64,000 nt of DNA. Origin: Candidatus Spyradomonas excrementavium (GTDB lineage: Bacteria > Cyanobacteriota > Vampirovibrionia > Gastranaerophilales > Gastranaerophilaceae). Where the stretch lies: contig DVOA01000051.1 of the NCBI GenBank assembly GCA_018714005.1, positions 106 to 64,105 of the forward strand. The letters are read 5' to 3'. Under the pieces are notes generated by a model that searched no databases, had not been told where the DNA came from, and saw only the letters and a program-made list of their open reading frames with translations. Numbering within the stretch: the first letter of the stretch is position 1; each line of letters opens with the position of its first letter. The position numbers and the translations under genes are program-made. Positions 53,301-63,032 of this stretch are shown here, piece after piece.

Positions 53301-55381
53301 TGGTGAAGTTTATGAAAGTAAAAGAAAATCAAGTTTTTAATTTAATGGATACTAATGGAAGACGTAGCGATGTAATAAATGCTCTACAGGGTTATTTGTC
53401 CATTTTGAATAATTTATCAATGAAATGGGGACACCTGCCTAAGAGCCTATCCCAATATGAATTTTATAAACAAGCCATTGAAATGTCTCCAGATATTCTA
53501 ACTAAACACGGACCCTACGATAGATTACAATCAGAACTAAATATGAATCAGGAGTTTAAAGAAGCTATTGAAAATAACAATTTAAAATGGATTCAAGAAA
53601 ATAGGGACAAATATAATACTTTAATAAAGCATTTTGATAAAGGAATAGAAGATCGCGCCAGGCATTATACGAGTACTTTGGTCAAATTGGGATATGCAGA
53701 TGAAAAACGAGATTTATCTGCAATTGGAGAACAATTATTAGGTAAAAAACCATTAAATAGAGATAAGTTGGAAAATATTCTTCCAATAGACAATATCAAT
53801 ATTATCTATATGAGACAACTATTGAAATTAAAAGTATTTAATGTATCTGGTAAGAATTTTTACTCCCCATTTAATATGGCAATTTATATCTTATTAAAAA
53901 GAGAGCGTATTTCAGAAAGTGAATTTTTTGAATTGGTGCAAGGGTTGAACCCTTATTATAATTTTGAGACAATCGATGATTTGATTATGAATTACAAAGA
54001 AGGTGAAATCGTTCAAAGTCAAGCAATATCAATACCTTTAAATATACCATCAAATGGTAGGATAAAAGAGTCTGTTTTTAAAAATACATTTAAAAACAAG
54101 AAAAGTTCTTCCGTAATTGAAATATATTGGTGCTTTTACAATTACTTAATGGACTTTGTTGAGAATAGTGATTCCTTTAATTTGGAGAAATTGTTAAATT
54201 ATTATGAACATAATAATGCAAAATTAAAGAAAGCTTTCGGGTATGGAAGAAATATATTTACAACAAGGACGGGTACGAAACCTTCAGTAAACGATTTTAT
54301 TAAATCACATAAAAATATATTTAAAGCTAATATTAATCATTATTTATATAAAGAATTTGTTTTGTCAAAGCAATTAGACCAAATTCAAGAATATTCTGAT
54401 ACTACAAAAAGAATTTTTAAAGCAACTGGTATCATCAGTTTTGATAATGGTTATGTTGAGTTAGCGTATAAAGAGCTTCTGACACATATTTTTGACATAG
54501 ATATTATTAAACAATTAAGTTATGGCGAAACAATATTCTCGAACGGGCATGATAATTATTTTTGCTCTGTGAAATCTATATCCGAAATTTTTCAATATTC
54601 TCAAGAAAATGTTGAAAATATTATTAAAAGAATAAGACGGGAATTTGAGAATGAAGATATAATTGATATCACGGCTCTTATTGCACAAAAAAGAAAAGAG
54701 GAATTTATTAATCACATAAATACAAAATTCCCTATTGCAGAAACAAAAAATATACTGCAATTATTTAAAAAACGTAGCAATGATTCAACTATAAAAGATA
54801 AAGTTAGTTCAATAGCAACAATTCCAACTATATTTGAATTTATGGTGGGAATTGCTTGGTATTATTTTTCTGGTAAACAAATAGATTTGTTAAACAGTTA
54901 TAATTTAACACTATCTGCGGATTTCGAGCCTCTGGTTCATGCTGGAGGCGGTCAAGGTGATATTATAATATATGAAAATGATAAAGTAACTATGCTAGAA
55001 GCAACTTTAATGAATTCTAATAGCCAAAAACGTGGAGAATGGGAACCTGTTTTGAGGCATTCTGTAAACTTAAAAGTAGCAGAAGAGTCTAGAAATACAG
55101 ATAGAATAGTAACAACATTTTTTATTGCTGATGAATTCGATACGAATACAATTAATATTTGGAAAGCTGTTGCGTCTGTACCTTTGCAATCTTCAGCAAA
55201 GAGAGAAAATTATACAGATAACGTTGTAATAATGCCTCTAAATTTATTGGAATTATCTAAACTTATGTATAAGTCTGAAAATTATGACAAAATCATAAAA
55301 AATGTTCATGATTTATTTAAAAATACAAAAGATACATTTAATCTTGATTGGCGAGAAGAATTTATAAGAAAAATTATTTAA
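53300..55381 (+). CDS. Restriction endonuclease, probably AlwI-family type IIS
   Basis: TAATG overlap with the methyltransferase gene. C-terminal FEFMVGIAWYYF...HAGGGQGDIIIYENDKVTMLEATLM...QKRGEWEPVLRH fits my recollection of the AlwI/MlyI/N.BstNBI family catalytic region. Confidence 0.6.
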   Translation: MVKFMKVKENQVFNLMDTNGRRSDVINALQGYLSILNNLSMKWGHLPKSLSQYEFYKQAIEMSPDILTKHGPYDRLQSELNMNQEFKEAIENNNLKWIQENRDKYNTLIKHFDKGIEDRARHYTSTLVKLGYADEKRDLSAIGEQLLGKKPLNRDKLENILPIDNINIIYMRQLLKLKVFNVSGKNFYSPFNMAIYILLKRERISESEFFELVQGLNPYYNFETIDDLIMNYKEGEIVQSQAISIPLNIPSNGRIKESVFKNTFKNKKSSSVIEIYWCFYNYLMDFVENSDSFNLEKLLNYYEHNNAKLKKAFGYGRNIFTTRTGTKPSVNDFIKSHKNIFKANINHYLYKEFVLSKQLDQIQEYSDTTKRIFKATGIISFDNGYVELAYKELLTHIFDIDIIKQLSYGETIFSNGHDNYFCSVKSISEIFQYSQENVENIIKRIRREFENEDIIDITALIAQKRKEEFINHINTKFPIAETKNILQLFKKRSNDSTIKDKVSSIATIPTIFEFMVGIAWYYFSGKQIDLLNSYNLTLSADFEPLVHAGGGQGDIIIYENDKVTMLEATLMNSNSQKRGEWEPVLRHSVNLKVAEESRNTDRIVTTFFIADEFDTNTINIWKAVASVPLQSSAKRENYTDNVVIMPLNLLELSKLMYKSENYDKIIKNVHDLFKNTKDTFNLDWREEFIRKII

Positions 55382-55549
55382 GAGCATTTTTAATATTGAA
55401 ATTTATGGAATTAATTTACAAGTTTTTTATAAATTCAATAGTGCCGAAAAAGTTTAAATTTGAACCAGTATATGATAATCAAATTAATTTTTTGTTCTTT
55501 CATACTTTGAAAACAGTTGCTAAAAAACAAAAAACAATCAGAAAAGAAT

Positions 55550-55720
55550 ATGAAAAAAATCTCTGATTTGAAGCAAAAAAAGCTAGAAATCAAAGCAAAA
55601 CATAACGACATTTTTGAATCTTATCTAACTGATGAACAAAAAGCCAAACTTCAACAAATGCGTGAAGACAAGAAAAACGGAAAATCCTGCTGCCCCTGCG
55701 GAAGAAATCCGTATTACTAA
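55550..55720 (+). CDS. Small hypothetical protein (LTDEQKAKL, Spy/CpxP-like motif, Cys-rich tail)
   Basis: 56-aa ORF from ATG 55550, followed by a strong terminator. Confidence 0.3.
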   Translation: MKKISDLKQKKLEIKAKHNDIFESYLTDEQKAKLQQMREDKKNGKSCCPCGRNPYY

Positions 55721-55732
55721 ACAATATTATTT

Positions 55733-55766
55733 AAAAAGCCTCTTTACTTGAGTTAAGAGGCTTTTT
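55733..55766. terminator. Bidirectional terminator at the right edge of the AT-rich island
   Basis: AAAAAGCCTCTT-10 nt loop-AAGAGGCTTTTT. Confidence 0.75.
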
Positions 55767-55774
55767 CGATTTGT

Positions 55775-56515
55775 TTATTTCACAAAATAAGAGGCATTAA
55801 CATTGGCAAAAAGCTTGATAACCCCGCCTTGAATCGGGCTGGCAGACGATTCTGCTGCGGAATCAGCCATTGAACCCATGGACATGTTTTTTGCGAGCAG
55901 TCTGTATTGAACGCGGGCGTTGTCAGAGGTTGAGCAGCTGCCGTTGAGCGATTTTATGCCTGCAAGCGAGCCGTTTGCGGAAGAAGCGAGAATTCCTGCT
56001 CTTTTATAAGCTTTTTTGGCTGCAATCCCGAGCAAATCATTGCACTGTTCGTCATAAGATGAAATAGAAAAAACAATATCATTAATATTCGTCGCTCCGA
56101 GCGAGATTGCCTTGTCAATCATCTTTCCTGCGTCTTTAATTGACTTTGTGTGAACGATTACGCTGTTGTTTACTTCGTATTTTACAAGGTCTTTTTTGTT
56201 GTTTTTGTAGTTGTAAACAGGCGATGCGTTAAAGTTTGCTGTTTTTATGTAATCGCCGTTGTTTTTGTCAATCATTGATGAAAGTTCCGAATATATTTTG
56301 TCAGAAATCTCTTTGTTCTGGGCGGTTGCTTTCTGGAGGGATTTGGCGTCACTTGTCTGCACTGCAATGCTAATTTCCACAACATCAGGCGGAAGTTCGG
56401 TGTTTGCGCTGGTGGAAACAGAAACAAACCCCTTTTCCGCAACATCAGCATTAACTCCCGACGCCAGCCCTAAAACCAAAACCGCCGTTAATACGGGCAA
56501 TAAAAACTTTTTCAT
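55775..56515 (-). CDS. SIMPL-domain (DUF541) periplasmic protein
   Basis: Signal peptide. Overall pattern (VSVSTSANTELPPDVVEISIAVQT...ARVQ...GGVIKLFANVNASYFV). Confidence 0.7.
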   Translation of the reverse strand: MKKFLLPVLTAVLVLGLASGVNADVAEKGFVSVSTSANTELPPDVVEISIAVQTSDAKSLQKATAQNKEISDKIYSELSSMIDKNNGDYIKTANFNASPVYNYKNNKKDLVKYEVNNSVIVHTKSIKDAGKMIDKAISLGATNINDIVFSISSYDEQCNDLLGIAAKKAYKRAGILASSANGSLAGIKSLNGSCSTSDNARVQYRLLAKNMSMGSMADSAAESSASPIQGGVIKLFANVNASYFVK

Positions 56516-56673
56516 CTTTTCTCCTTCTTCTGAATTTTCGAATATGCTGTGAGATTTTAATTATCACATATTTTAAACGATTTAAACACCTGTTGTGTTC
56601 ATTTTGTAAAGATAGATTGTTTTAAGACGTTATTATGCTATAATTTATAAAAAAATATAAATAAGGACGTATT

Positions 56674-57402
56674 ATGTCAAGATTTTTGCCCGTTTGCATA
56701 TTTGTTTTGCTGTTTTCCATTAATTTTCAGCAGGTTTTTGCGCGTGAATTTTCTTTTGAAGAAAATATGATAAAAATGGAAAAGTATTATCAGGAAAAAG
56801 CCTATAACAAGGCACTAAAACTCGCTGCAAAAACAAAAAAAGAAGAGTTAAATGAAGAACAAAAAGAATTGCTTGAAGTATTTATGACGCTTGCGATTGA
56901 GTACAAACAGCTGGATGACGCGGTTAAATATTTTCTTGTCGAATATAACAAATATGAAGATTATTTCATCTATAGACCCTCCAGTACTATTTTTATTAGT
57001 ATGATTCCATATGTTTTGGCGTATTCGGACGGGCCGATTTATAAACTCAAATTTGAAACAACATACTATTCGCCAACCAGAATGTATCCGGATTTGGTAA
57101 TACTTTATGCTGACGGAAAAAGATATGAGTTTAAGCCGTTTTCTTCTTATGACAAACTCATCTCCTATGATACGCACAAACGCCGTGTTTATGCCCGGGT
57201 AAATCTCACAGACCGTGAGGCTTATCTGGTTTCTGAAGCTTCAAAGGCCGGAGATGTTTCTTTCTTGATAAAGGACACTAAATTAGGCAAATCCGCAGAA
57301 GGAATCCTAATGCCAATGAATAAAGAAAAAATACGCGACGCTTATACGCTTTACAATCTGCTTAAATTCAAAAAATTAGAGCGCGGTAAAAACAGATTTT
57401 AA
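56674..57402 (+). CDS. Secreted hypothetical protein
   Basis: Signal peptide. No motif recognised. Confidence 0.45.
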   Translation: MSRFLPVCIFVLLFSINFQQVFAREFSFEENMIKMEKYYQEKAYNKALKLAAKTKKEELNEEQKELLEVFMTLAIEYKQLDDAVKYFLVEYNKYEDYFIYRPSSTIFISMIPYVLAYSDGPIYKLKFETTYYSPTRMYPDLVILYADGKRYEFKPFSSYDKLISYDTHKRRVYARVNLTDREAYLVSEASKAGDVSFLIKDTKLGKSAEGILMPMNKEKIRDAYTLYNLLKFKKLERGKNRF

Positions 57403-57404
57403 TG

Positions 57405-57962
57405 CTAAAATTTCACTTCTATTGCCCGCCATTGTTCTTTGCCTCTGGCGTTATAGCCTGTGTTGTTTTTGCGATGGGTGATTAATTTTTGATTTTTATC
57501 AAATAGAAAACTTTCATTCTCTGATACGGCAATGCCGCCGGCAATAAGCTTTCCTTTTGTATCGTAGCGGTAAAATTTTAACGGGTAACGATTTTTCGCT
57601 TTGTTGAGGGCTTCTTCTATATCAATAAATAGTAATGTGCCGTCCATTTTCAAATAATAATATGTGATTTCCTTGTGTTTTTTGTATTGTATGGCGTAGG
57701 CAAGCCTGAACGGGCCTTTTTTAAACACCTCTATATACCTGTCAACGGGCTGGCCTCCGTATTTGATATAATCTTTGTTTGCGCCGAAAGATTCGTCTAT
57801 TAAATGCGGTTGTACCATTGATAATGGAAGTTCAGCGTGCACATTTTCAAAAGTTATGCTGCGTGCGGATTCTACAGTATAACTAACGTTACCCTCCAAT
57901 GTAAGCGCAAAAACGCCCCTTGTAAATATCAGAAAAATTAATAAAACGAGAATTTTTTTCAT
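57405..57962 (-). CDS. Secreted hypothetical protein
   Basis: Signal peptide. No motif recognised. Confidence 0.45.
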   Translation of the reverse strand: MKKILVLLIFLIFTRGVFALTLEGNVSYTVESARSITFENVHAELPLSMVQPHLIDESFGANKDYIKYGGQPVDRYIEVFKKGPFRLAYAIQYKKHKEITYYYLKMDGTLLFIDIEEALNKAKNRYPLKFYRYDTKGKLIAGGIAVSENESFLFDKNQKLITHRKNNTGYNARGKEQWRAIEVKF

Positions 57963-58084
57963 ACAACTCCGTGGATTTTAAATTTATTTTTACATAATAG
58001 GACGTTTTACGTCAAGATTTGTCTTGTGCCCGAATATGATTTTTACCTGCATGATATAATGTTCAAAAAAGAAAGGGCATAACA

Positions 58085-58540
58085 ATGAATATCAACGAAA
58101 TCGACATAAAATTAGCCGGAATCGACGAAAACGGCGTCGAAAAAGAATACAAAATCTCCGAATTCTCAGGCGAAAACACAATAATCTATTTTTACCCGAA
58201 AGACAACACATCCGGCTGCACGCAGGAGGCATGCGATTTTAAAGAAAATAAGAACAGATGGACGTCAAAAGCCCGCGTTGTCGGCGTAAGCCCTGACAGC
58301 ATAAAAAGCCACAAAAATTTTCAGGAAAAACACGGGCTGAATTTTATTCTCCTCTCTGATTCCGAACATCAGCTCGCAGAAAAGCTCGGCGCATGGGGCG
58401 AAAAATCAATGTACGGCAAAAAATACATGGGAATTATCCGCTCAACATTTCTTTTTGACGAAAAAGGCGAATGCAAAAAAGAATGGCGAAAAGTTAAAGT
58501 CAAAGGGCATGTTGATGAGGTTCTCGGAGCGCTGGAGTAA
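58085..58540 (+). CDS. bcp: Thiol peroxidase Bcp (peroxiredoxin)
   Basis: FYPKDNTSGCTQEAC active-site motif. Confidence 0.85.
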   Translation: MNINEIDIKLAGIDENGVEKEYKISEFSGENTIIYFYPKDNTSGCTQEACDFKENKNRWTSKARVVGVSPDSIKSHKNFQEKHGLNFILLSDSEHQLAEKLGAWGEKSMYGKKYMGIIRSTFLFDEKGECKKEWRKVKVKGHVDEVLGALE

Positions 58541-58713
58541 AGATTTTCAAGATATTTTGTAAACATTTGTTACGACATGGATAGTAATCTATAAAGTTTT
58601 GACCGAACCTGCCGATATACATCATGTGAAGCAGAAGGTTTCATAAAAACCTGCCATTAAAAACGAAATAAGTTCGGAAAGGTTATAAATAAGAAAGACA
58701 GAAGGTCAAAACT

Positions 58714-58998
58714 ATGATTCTCGAGTACAAAGTCAACGAAATCAACGTCCAGCCGGCATGGCTAAAGACGCTCTACGATTTAATCGAAGAGCTGAACTGC
58801 AAATGCAAGACCTACATCGACGAAACTTACAATCGAAGCGCTAAAAACTTTTCGAGGACAAGAACAATCGAGGTCTATGGCTCGGATACTATGCTGGCAT
58901 GGCTGAAACTGCGTATGGAGCGATATTCGCACTTTATCGACTGCTTCAACGAGCGCGCTGAAATTCAGGCGAATATGAAGAACGAAAACAGCGAATAA
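58714..58998 (+). CDS. Hypothetical protein
   Basis: 94-aa ORF. Confidence 0.35.
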   Translation: MILEYKVNEINVQPAWLKTLYDLIEELNCKCKTYIDETYNRSAKNFSRTRTIEVYGSDTMLAWLKLRMERYSHFIDCFNERAEIQANMKNENSE

Positions 58999-59015
58999 CG
59001 CCTTTGCAAAATACA

Positions 59016-59050
59016 AAAACCCCGTCCTGACTTAATTCGGACGGGTTTTG
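59016..59050. terminator. Bidirectional terminator
   Basis: AAAAC-CCCGTCC-11 nt loop-GGACGGG-TTTTG. Confidence 0.7.
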
Positions 59051-59062
59051 TGCTGATTTTAT

Positions 59063-59284
59063 TTATCTGTTATTCCAGCTTATGAGCCTTCTGCCTTCGG
59101 CATTGGGCTGCGCGGTTGTGTATATCAAAAAATCATGTTTTGGTTGAACATAATGGCTTATGAAATTAGGATTCCCGATTTTTTCCATACGCGTGTTGCA
59201 CCCGAACTCCTCCAGCAACAGCGACGCGAAGAATTCCTGATCCTCGTTCAGATTCATATCCCATATATTCTTAACTATTTCCAT
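59063..59284 (-). CDS. Hypothetical protein
   Basis: 73-aa ORF. Confidence 0.35.
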   Translation of the reverse strand: MEIVKNIWDMNLNEDQEFFASLLLEEFGCNTRMEKIGNPNFISHYVQPKHDFLIYTTAQPNAEGRRLISWNNR

Positions 59285-59418
59285 ATTCTTATTTTAAACC
59301 TTATTTGAATCAATCGCCTTAAGGTTTATAAAAAATATATAAAAATGATACATTTGTTTACAAATATGCTTGAGTTTGGCGCTTGAAGTTCTATGATTGT
59401 GAGCGGAGGAGTTTAATT

Positions 59419-60837
59419 ATGTACAATCCTAAGTCCCACAAAGCAGAAGAATTCATTTCCCACGAAGAAATTCTCGAAACCCTTGATTTTGCGGAAAATA
59501 ATAAAAATAACACAAAACTGGTCGATGAAATCCTTGAAAAAGCCAGAAAAGGTAAAGGCCTGAAACACCGTGAAGCTGCGGTTTTGCTGGCTTGCGAAAT
59601 TCCTGAAAAAAATGAAGAAATTTTCAAACTTGCCGAGCAGATAAAAAAAGATTACTACGGAAACAGAATCGTGCTATTTGCGCCTTTGTATATTTCAAAT
59701 TACTGCGTAAACGGCTGTGTTTATTGCCCTTATCACGCAAAAAACAAGCATATTCCCCGTAAAAAAATGACGCAGGAAGAAATTCGTAATGAAGTAATCG
59801 CACTTCAGGACATGGGACACAAAAGAATCGCGCTGGAAGCCGGCGAAGACCCTGTGAACAACCCGATTGAATATGTTCTCGAATCAATAAAAACAATTTA
59901 TGACGTAAAACACAAAAACGGCGCAATCCGCAGAATAAACGTAAATATCGCGGCAACAACCGTCGAAAACTACAAAAAACTCCACGATATCGGAATCGGA
60001 ACATACGTTTTGTTCCAGGAAACCTACAACAAAGAGGCCTACGAGCGCCTGCACCCGACCGGGCCGAAACACAACTACAACTATCACACCGAAGCCATGG
60101 ACAGAGCAATGGAAGCGGGCATTGATGACGTAAGTCTGGGCGTTTTGTTCGGTTTGGAGCGTTACAAGTACGAATTTACCGGACTTTTAATGCACGCCGA
60201 GCACCTTGAAGCGGCTTTTGGCGTAGGGCCTCACGCAATAAGCGTTCCGAGAATCAAAAAAGCCGACGATATTGACCCGTCCGTTTTTGATAACGGAATT
60301 GACGACGATACATTCGCCAAAATCGTTGCCTGCATACGAATTTCGGTTCCTTATACGGGCATGATTATTTCTACCAGAGAATCCGAAAAATGCCGCGAAC
60401 GGCTTTTGCATTTGGGCTTGTCGCAGATGAGCGGAGGCTCGAAAACCAGTGTTGGCGGCTATGCCGAGCCTGAACCGGAGGGCGAAGATTCCTCACAATT
60501 TGAAGTTAGCGACAAAAGAACCCTTGACGAAGTCGTAAGATGGCTTATGAACATCGGATATTTGCCGAGTTTTTGCACATCCTGCTATCGCAAAGGCAGA
60601 ACGGGCGACAGGTTTATGGAGATTTGCAAACAACAGCAAATTCACAATTTCTGCCATCCGAACGCGTTAATGACTTTGAAAGAGTATTTAACCGATTATG
60701 CGACCGACGAAACGAAAAGGGTCGGGAATTTGCTCATAGAAAAAGAGCTGGAAACCTTTGATAATGACCAAATTAAGGCTACGCTCGTTGATAATCTCAA
60801 AAAAATTGAGAATGGCGGGCGGGATTTTAATTTTTGA
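59419..60837 (+). CDS. hydG: [FeFe]-hydrogenase H-cluster radical SAM maturase HydG
   Basis: CVNGCVYCPY radical SAM motif. ThiH-like body. C-terminal CTSCYRKGRTGDRFMEICKQQQIHNFC cluster motif. GGAGGA SD upstream of ATG 59419. Confidence 0.85.
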   Translation: MYNPKSHKAEEFISHEEILETLDFAENNKNNTKLVDEILEKARKGKGLKHREAAVLLACEIPEKNEEIFKLAEQIKKDYYGNRIVLFAPLYISNYCVNGCVYCPYHAKNKHIPRKKMTQEEIRNEVIALQDMGHKRIALEAGEDPVNNPIEYVLESIKTIYDVKHKNGAIRRINVNIAATTVENYKKLHDIGIGTYVLFQETYNKEAYERLHPTGPKHNYNYHTEAMDRAMEAGIDDVSLGVLFGLERYKYEFTGLLMHAEHLEAAFGVGPHAISVPRIKKADDIDPSVFDNGIDDDTFAKIVACIRISVPYTGMIISTRESEKCRERLLHLGLSQMSGGSKTSVGGYAEPEPEGEDSSQFEVSDKRTLDEVVRWLMNIGYLPSFCTSCYRKGRTGDRFMEICKQQQIHNFCHPNALMTLKEYLTDYATDETKRVGNLLIEKELETFDNDQIKATLVDNLKKIENGGRDFNF

Positions 60838-60870
60838 TGATTGAATATTTGAATTTTGTTGGTTCTGGTT

Positions 60871-60925
60871 TTCCTTACGGGCAAGCCCTCACCCGCCCTG
60901 CGGGCACCCTCTCCCATCGGAGAGG
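60871..60925. repeat. Solo module H6 (extended form)
   Basis: TTCCTTACGGGCAAGCCCTCACCCGCCCTGCGGGCACCCTCTCCCATCGGAGAGGG. Confidence 0.9.
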
Positions 60926-61033
60926 GAAAAATTTCCGAAATATATAGCCGGAGGAGAGGAGGGGGAATAATTATAGCTTTAATATTCTTATTTTTATATT
61001 AAAATAAGAAAAAAGTCAGACAGGAATCCGATT

Positions 61034-62359
61034 ATGAAAAGAAAACCGATAGTTGCGGTCGTTGGCAGGCCAAATGTGGGCAAATCCACATTTGTAAACC
61101 GCCTTGTTGGCGCAAGACAGTCGATTGTTGATGATTTGCCGGGCGTTACGCGCGACAGGCTCTATTTTGATGTAACGTGGCAGAATAAGGAATTCACCGT
61201 AATCGATACAGGCGGGATTATCCCCGGTGACGAAGACGAAATCATGCTCAACATCTTTACGCAGGCAAAAATCGCCTGTGAAGAAGCGGATTCCGTGATT
61301 TTTCTTGTTGACGGCAAAGACGGCGTAAATCCGATTGACTATGACATCGCAAATATTCTTCGCCAGAGCACAAAACCCGTTTTTCTCGCAGTAAACAAAA
61401 TTGATTCGCCCGAAAGAATCGCAATGCTCGGTGATTTTTATTCGCTGGCTATCGGCGACCCTATGCCGATTTCTGCGCTGCACGGGAGCGGCGGCGTGGG
61501 TGATTTGCTTGAAGAAATAACAAAAGATTTCCCCTCTGATGAAGAATATGAAAAATCCGAGCTGATAAAAATCGCAATCGTCGGAAAACCGAACGCCGGA
61601 AAATCCTCAATCGTAAATGCGCTTTTGGGCGAAGACAGGGTAATCGTAAGCGACATTTCCGGCACAACCCGCGACAGCATTGACTCAAAAGTCAAATACG
61701 AGGGCGAAGAATTCATCCTTGTTGACACTGCCGGTATTAGAAAAAAGGCAAAAGTTGACTGGGGTGTTGAAAAATTCGCTGTTGACCGCGCAATCCGCGC
61801 AATCCGTGACTGCGATGTGGCGGTTCTGGTGGTTGACGCACTCGAGGGGCTGACCGATCAGGACAAAAAGATTTCCCAGACCGTCGTAGAAGCCGGAAAA
61901 GGCATGATTATTGCCGTAAACAAGTGGGATTTGGTCGAAAAAGACACGACTTCGACCGTAAAATATCAGCAAAAACTCCTCAACGACGCACCGTTTTTGA
62001 GCAATTTCCCTATGCTTTTTGTGAGCGCAAAAACCAAGCAGCGGCTCGTAAATATCTATAAAACAGCAAAAGACGTATGGGCACAGTGCACAAAACGCCT
62101 TTCAACAAGCATTTTGAACAAAATTCTTCTTGAAGCGCTCGCAATGAACCCACCAACAACCAAAAAAGGCAAAAAACTGCGAATTCTTTACGCAACCCAG
62201 GTTCGCACCGCGCCTCCGTCCTTTATTATGTTCGTAAACAACGAAGATTTAGTGCAGGATAGCTACAAGCGCTATCTTGAGAACAAACTCCGAGAAGCTG
62301 CGGGATTTTTCGGCACGCCAATCCGCATGAACTTCAAAGAACGCGCCCAGAAAGATTAA
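61034..62359 (+). CDS. der: Ribosome-associated GTPase Der (EngA)
   Basis: Two G domains (GRPNVGKST, GKPNAGKSS) plus a KH-like C-terminus. Confidence 0.92.
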   Translation: MKRKPIVAVVGRPNVGKSTFVNRLVGARQSIVDDLPGVTRDRLYFDVTWQNKEFTVIDTGGIIPGDEDEIMLNIFTQAKIACEEADSVIFLVDGKDGVNPIDYDIANILRQSTKPVFLAVNKIDSPERIAMLGDFYSLAIGDPMPISALHGSGGVGDLLEEITKDFPSDEEYEKSELIKIAIVGKPNAGKSSIVNALLGEDRVIVSDISGTTRDSIDSKVKYEGEEFILVDTAGIRKKAKVDWGVEKFAVDRAIRAIRDCDVAVLVVDALEGLTDQDKKISQTVVEAGKGMIIAVNKWDLVEKDTTSTVKYQQKLLNDAPFLSNFPMLFVSAKTKQRLVNIYKTAKDVWAQCTKRLSTSILNKILLEALAMNPPTTKKGKKLRILYATQVRTAPPSFIMFVNNEDLVQDSYKRYLENKLREAAGFFGTPIRMNFKERAQKD

Positions 62360-62453
62360 TTCTGCGCTATAAGGGCCTTTTTGGGGCCGGATAAAACCTT
62401 TTGGCCCCTATAAAACCTTTTGACATTTATTAAAAATACATTATATTAAAATT

Positions 62454-63032
62454 ATGAAAAATAAACTTATTTTGTTGATAATCTCCATGCTGATTTGCGC
62501 GAATGTTGTTTTTGCCGAATCTACAAGTGAAGATTATGCAAAACTGTACAAATTTGCGAATATTCCTGATTTTGAGCTTGTGCACCAGCTTGACCCTTAC
62601 CAGAATGAGGATTATCAAAAATACGCCTGGTCACCCTACCCGCTTTTCAGGCTGGCTGTTGATTTGTACTTCAAAAACCAGACGATTCCGGCCGGTTATT
62701 ATATATTAACCCCAAGAACAATAAATGAGCGCGAATACGTGCTTTTTAAAGAAAGCGGAAAAGTTAAATTCATCATTCCTGTTGTGAAAAAAGAGCTTGT
62801 TGCGCCCGGATATTATGACACGATGGTGCCAAAAGCCAAAAAGTCTAAATGGCAAAGCTTTTGCGAGAATACGAGGGATAAATTTTATACGGTTTTCCGT
62901 AATTCCTCAAGAAAATCACCTCCGCCCGGGTCTTATATCCAGTCTTATTACATCGACGGAAATATGTTCCTTGTTATTATGTGCTACGGGGATTACAAAT
63001 ATACAATGGTCTTTAAATCCACCCGTTTCTAA
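62454..63032 (+). CDS. Secreted hypothetical protein
   Basis: Signal peptide. No motif recognised. Confidence 0.45.
   Translation: MKNKLILLIISMLICANVVFAESTSEDYAKLYKFANIPDFELVHQLDPYQNEDYQKYAWSPYPLFRLAVDLYFKNQTIPAGYYILTPRTINEREYVLFKESGKVKFIIPVVKKELVAPGYYDTMVPKAKKSKWQSFCENTRDKFYTVFRNSSRKSPPPGSYIQSYYIDGNMFLVIMCYGDYKYTMVFKSTRF

Noticed and set aside
55348-55566. A 72-aa ORF overlapping the 3' end of the endonuclease gene.
   Set aside because: It starts inside the endonuclease gene, has no RBS and gives an AT-rich low-complexity product. Only the downstream 56-aa ORF (55550-55720) was kept, at low confidence.
51041-55766. Calling the ssrA-adjacent AT-rich block an intact integrative genomic island.
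   Set aside because: No integrase or recombinase gene is present, and no ssrA-3'-end repeat was seen at the far (55.7 kb) boundary. Only a nearby degenerate duplicate exists, so it is reported as a probable relic rather than a mobile element.
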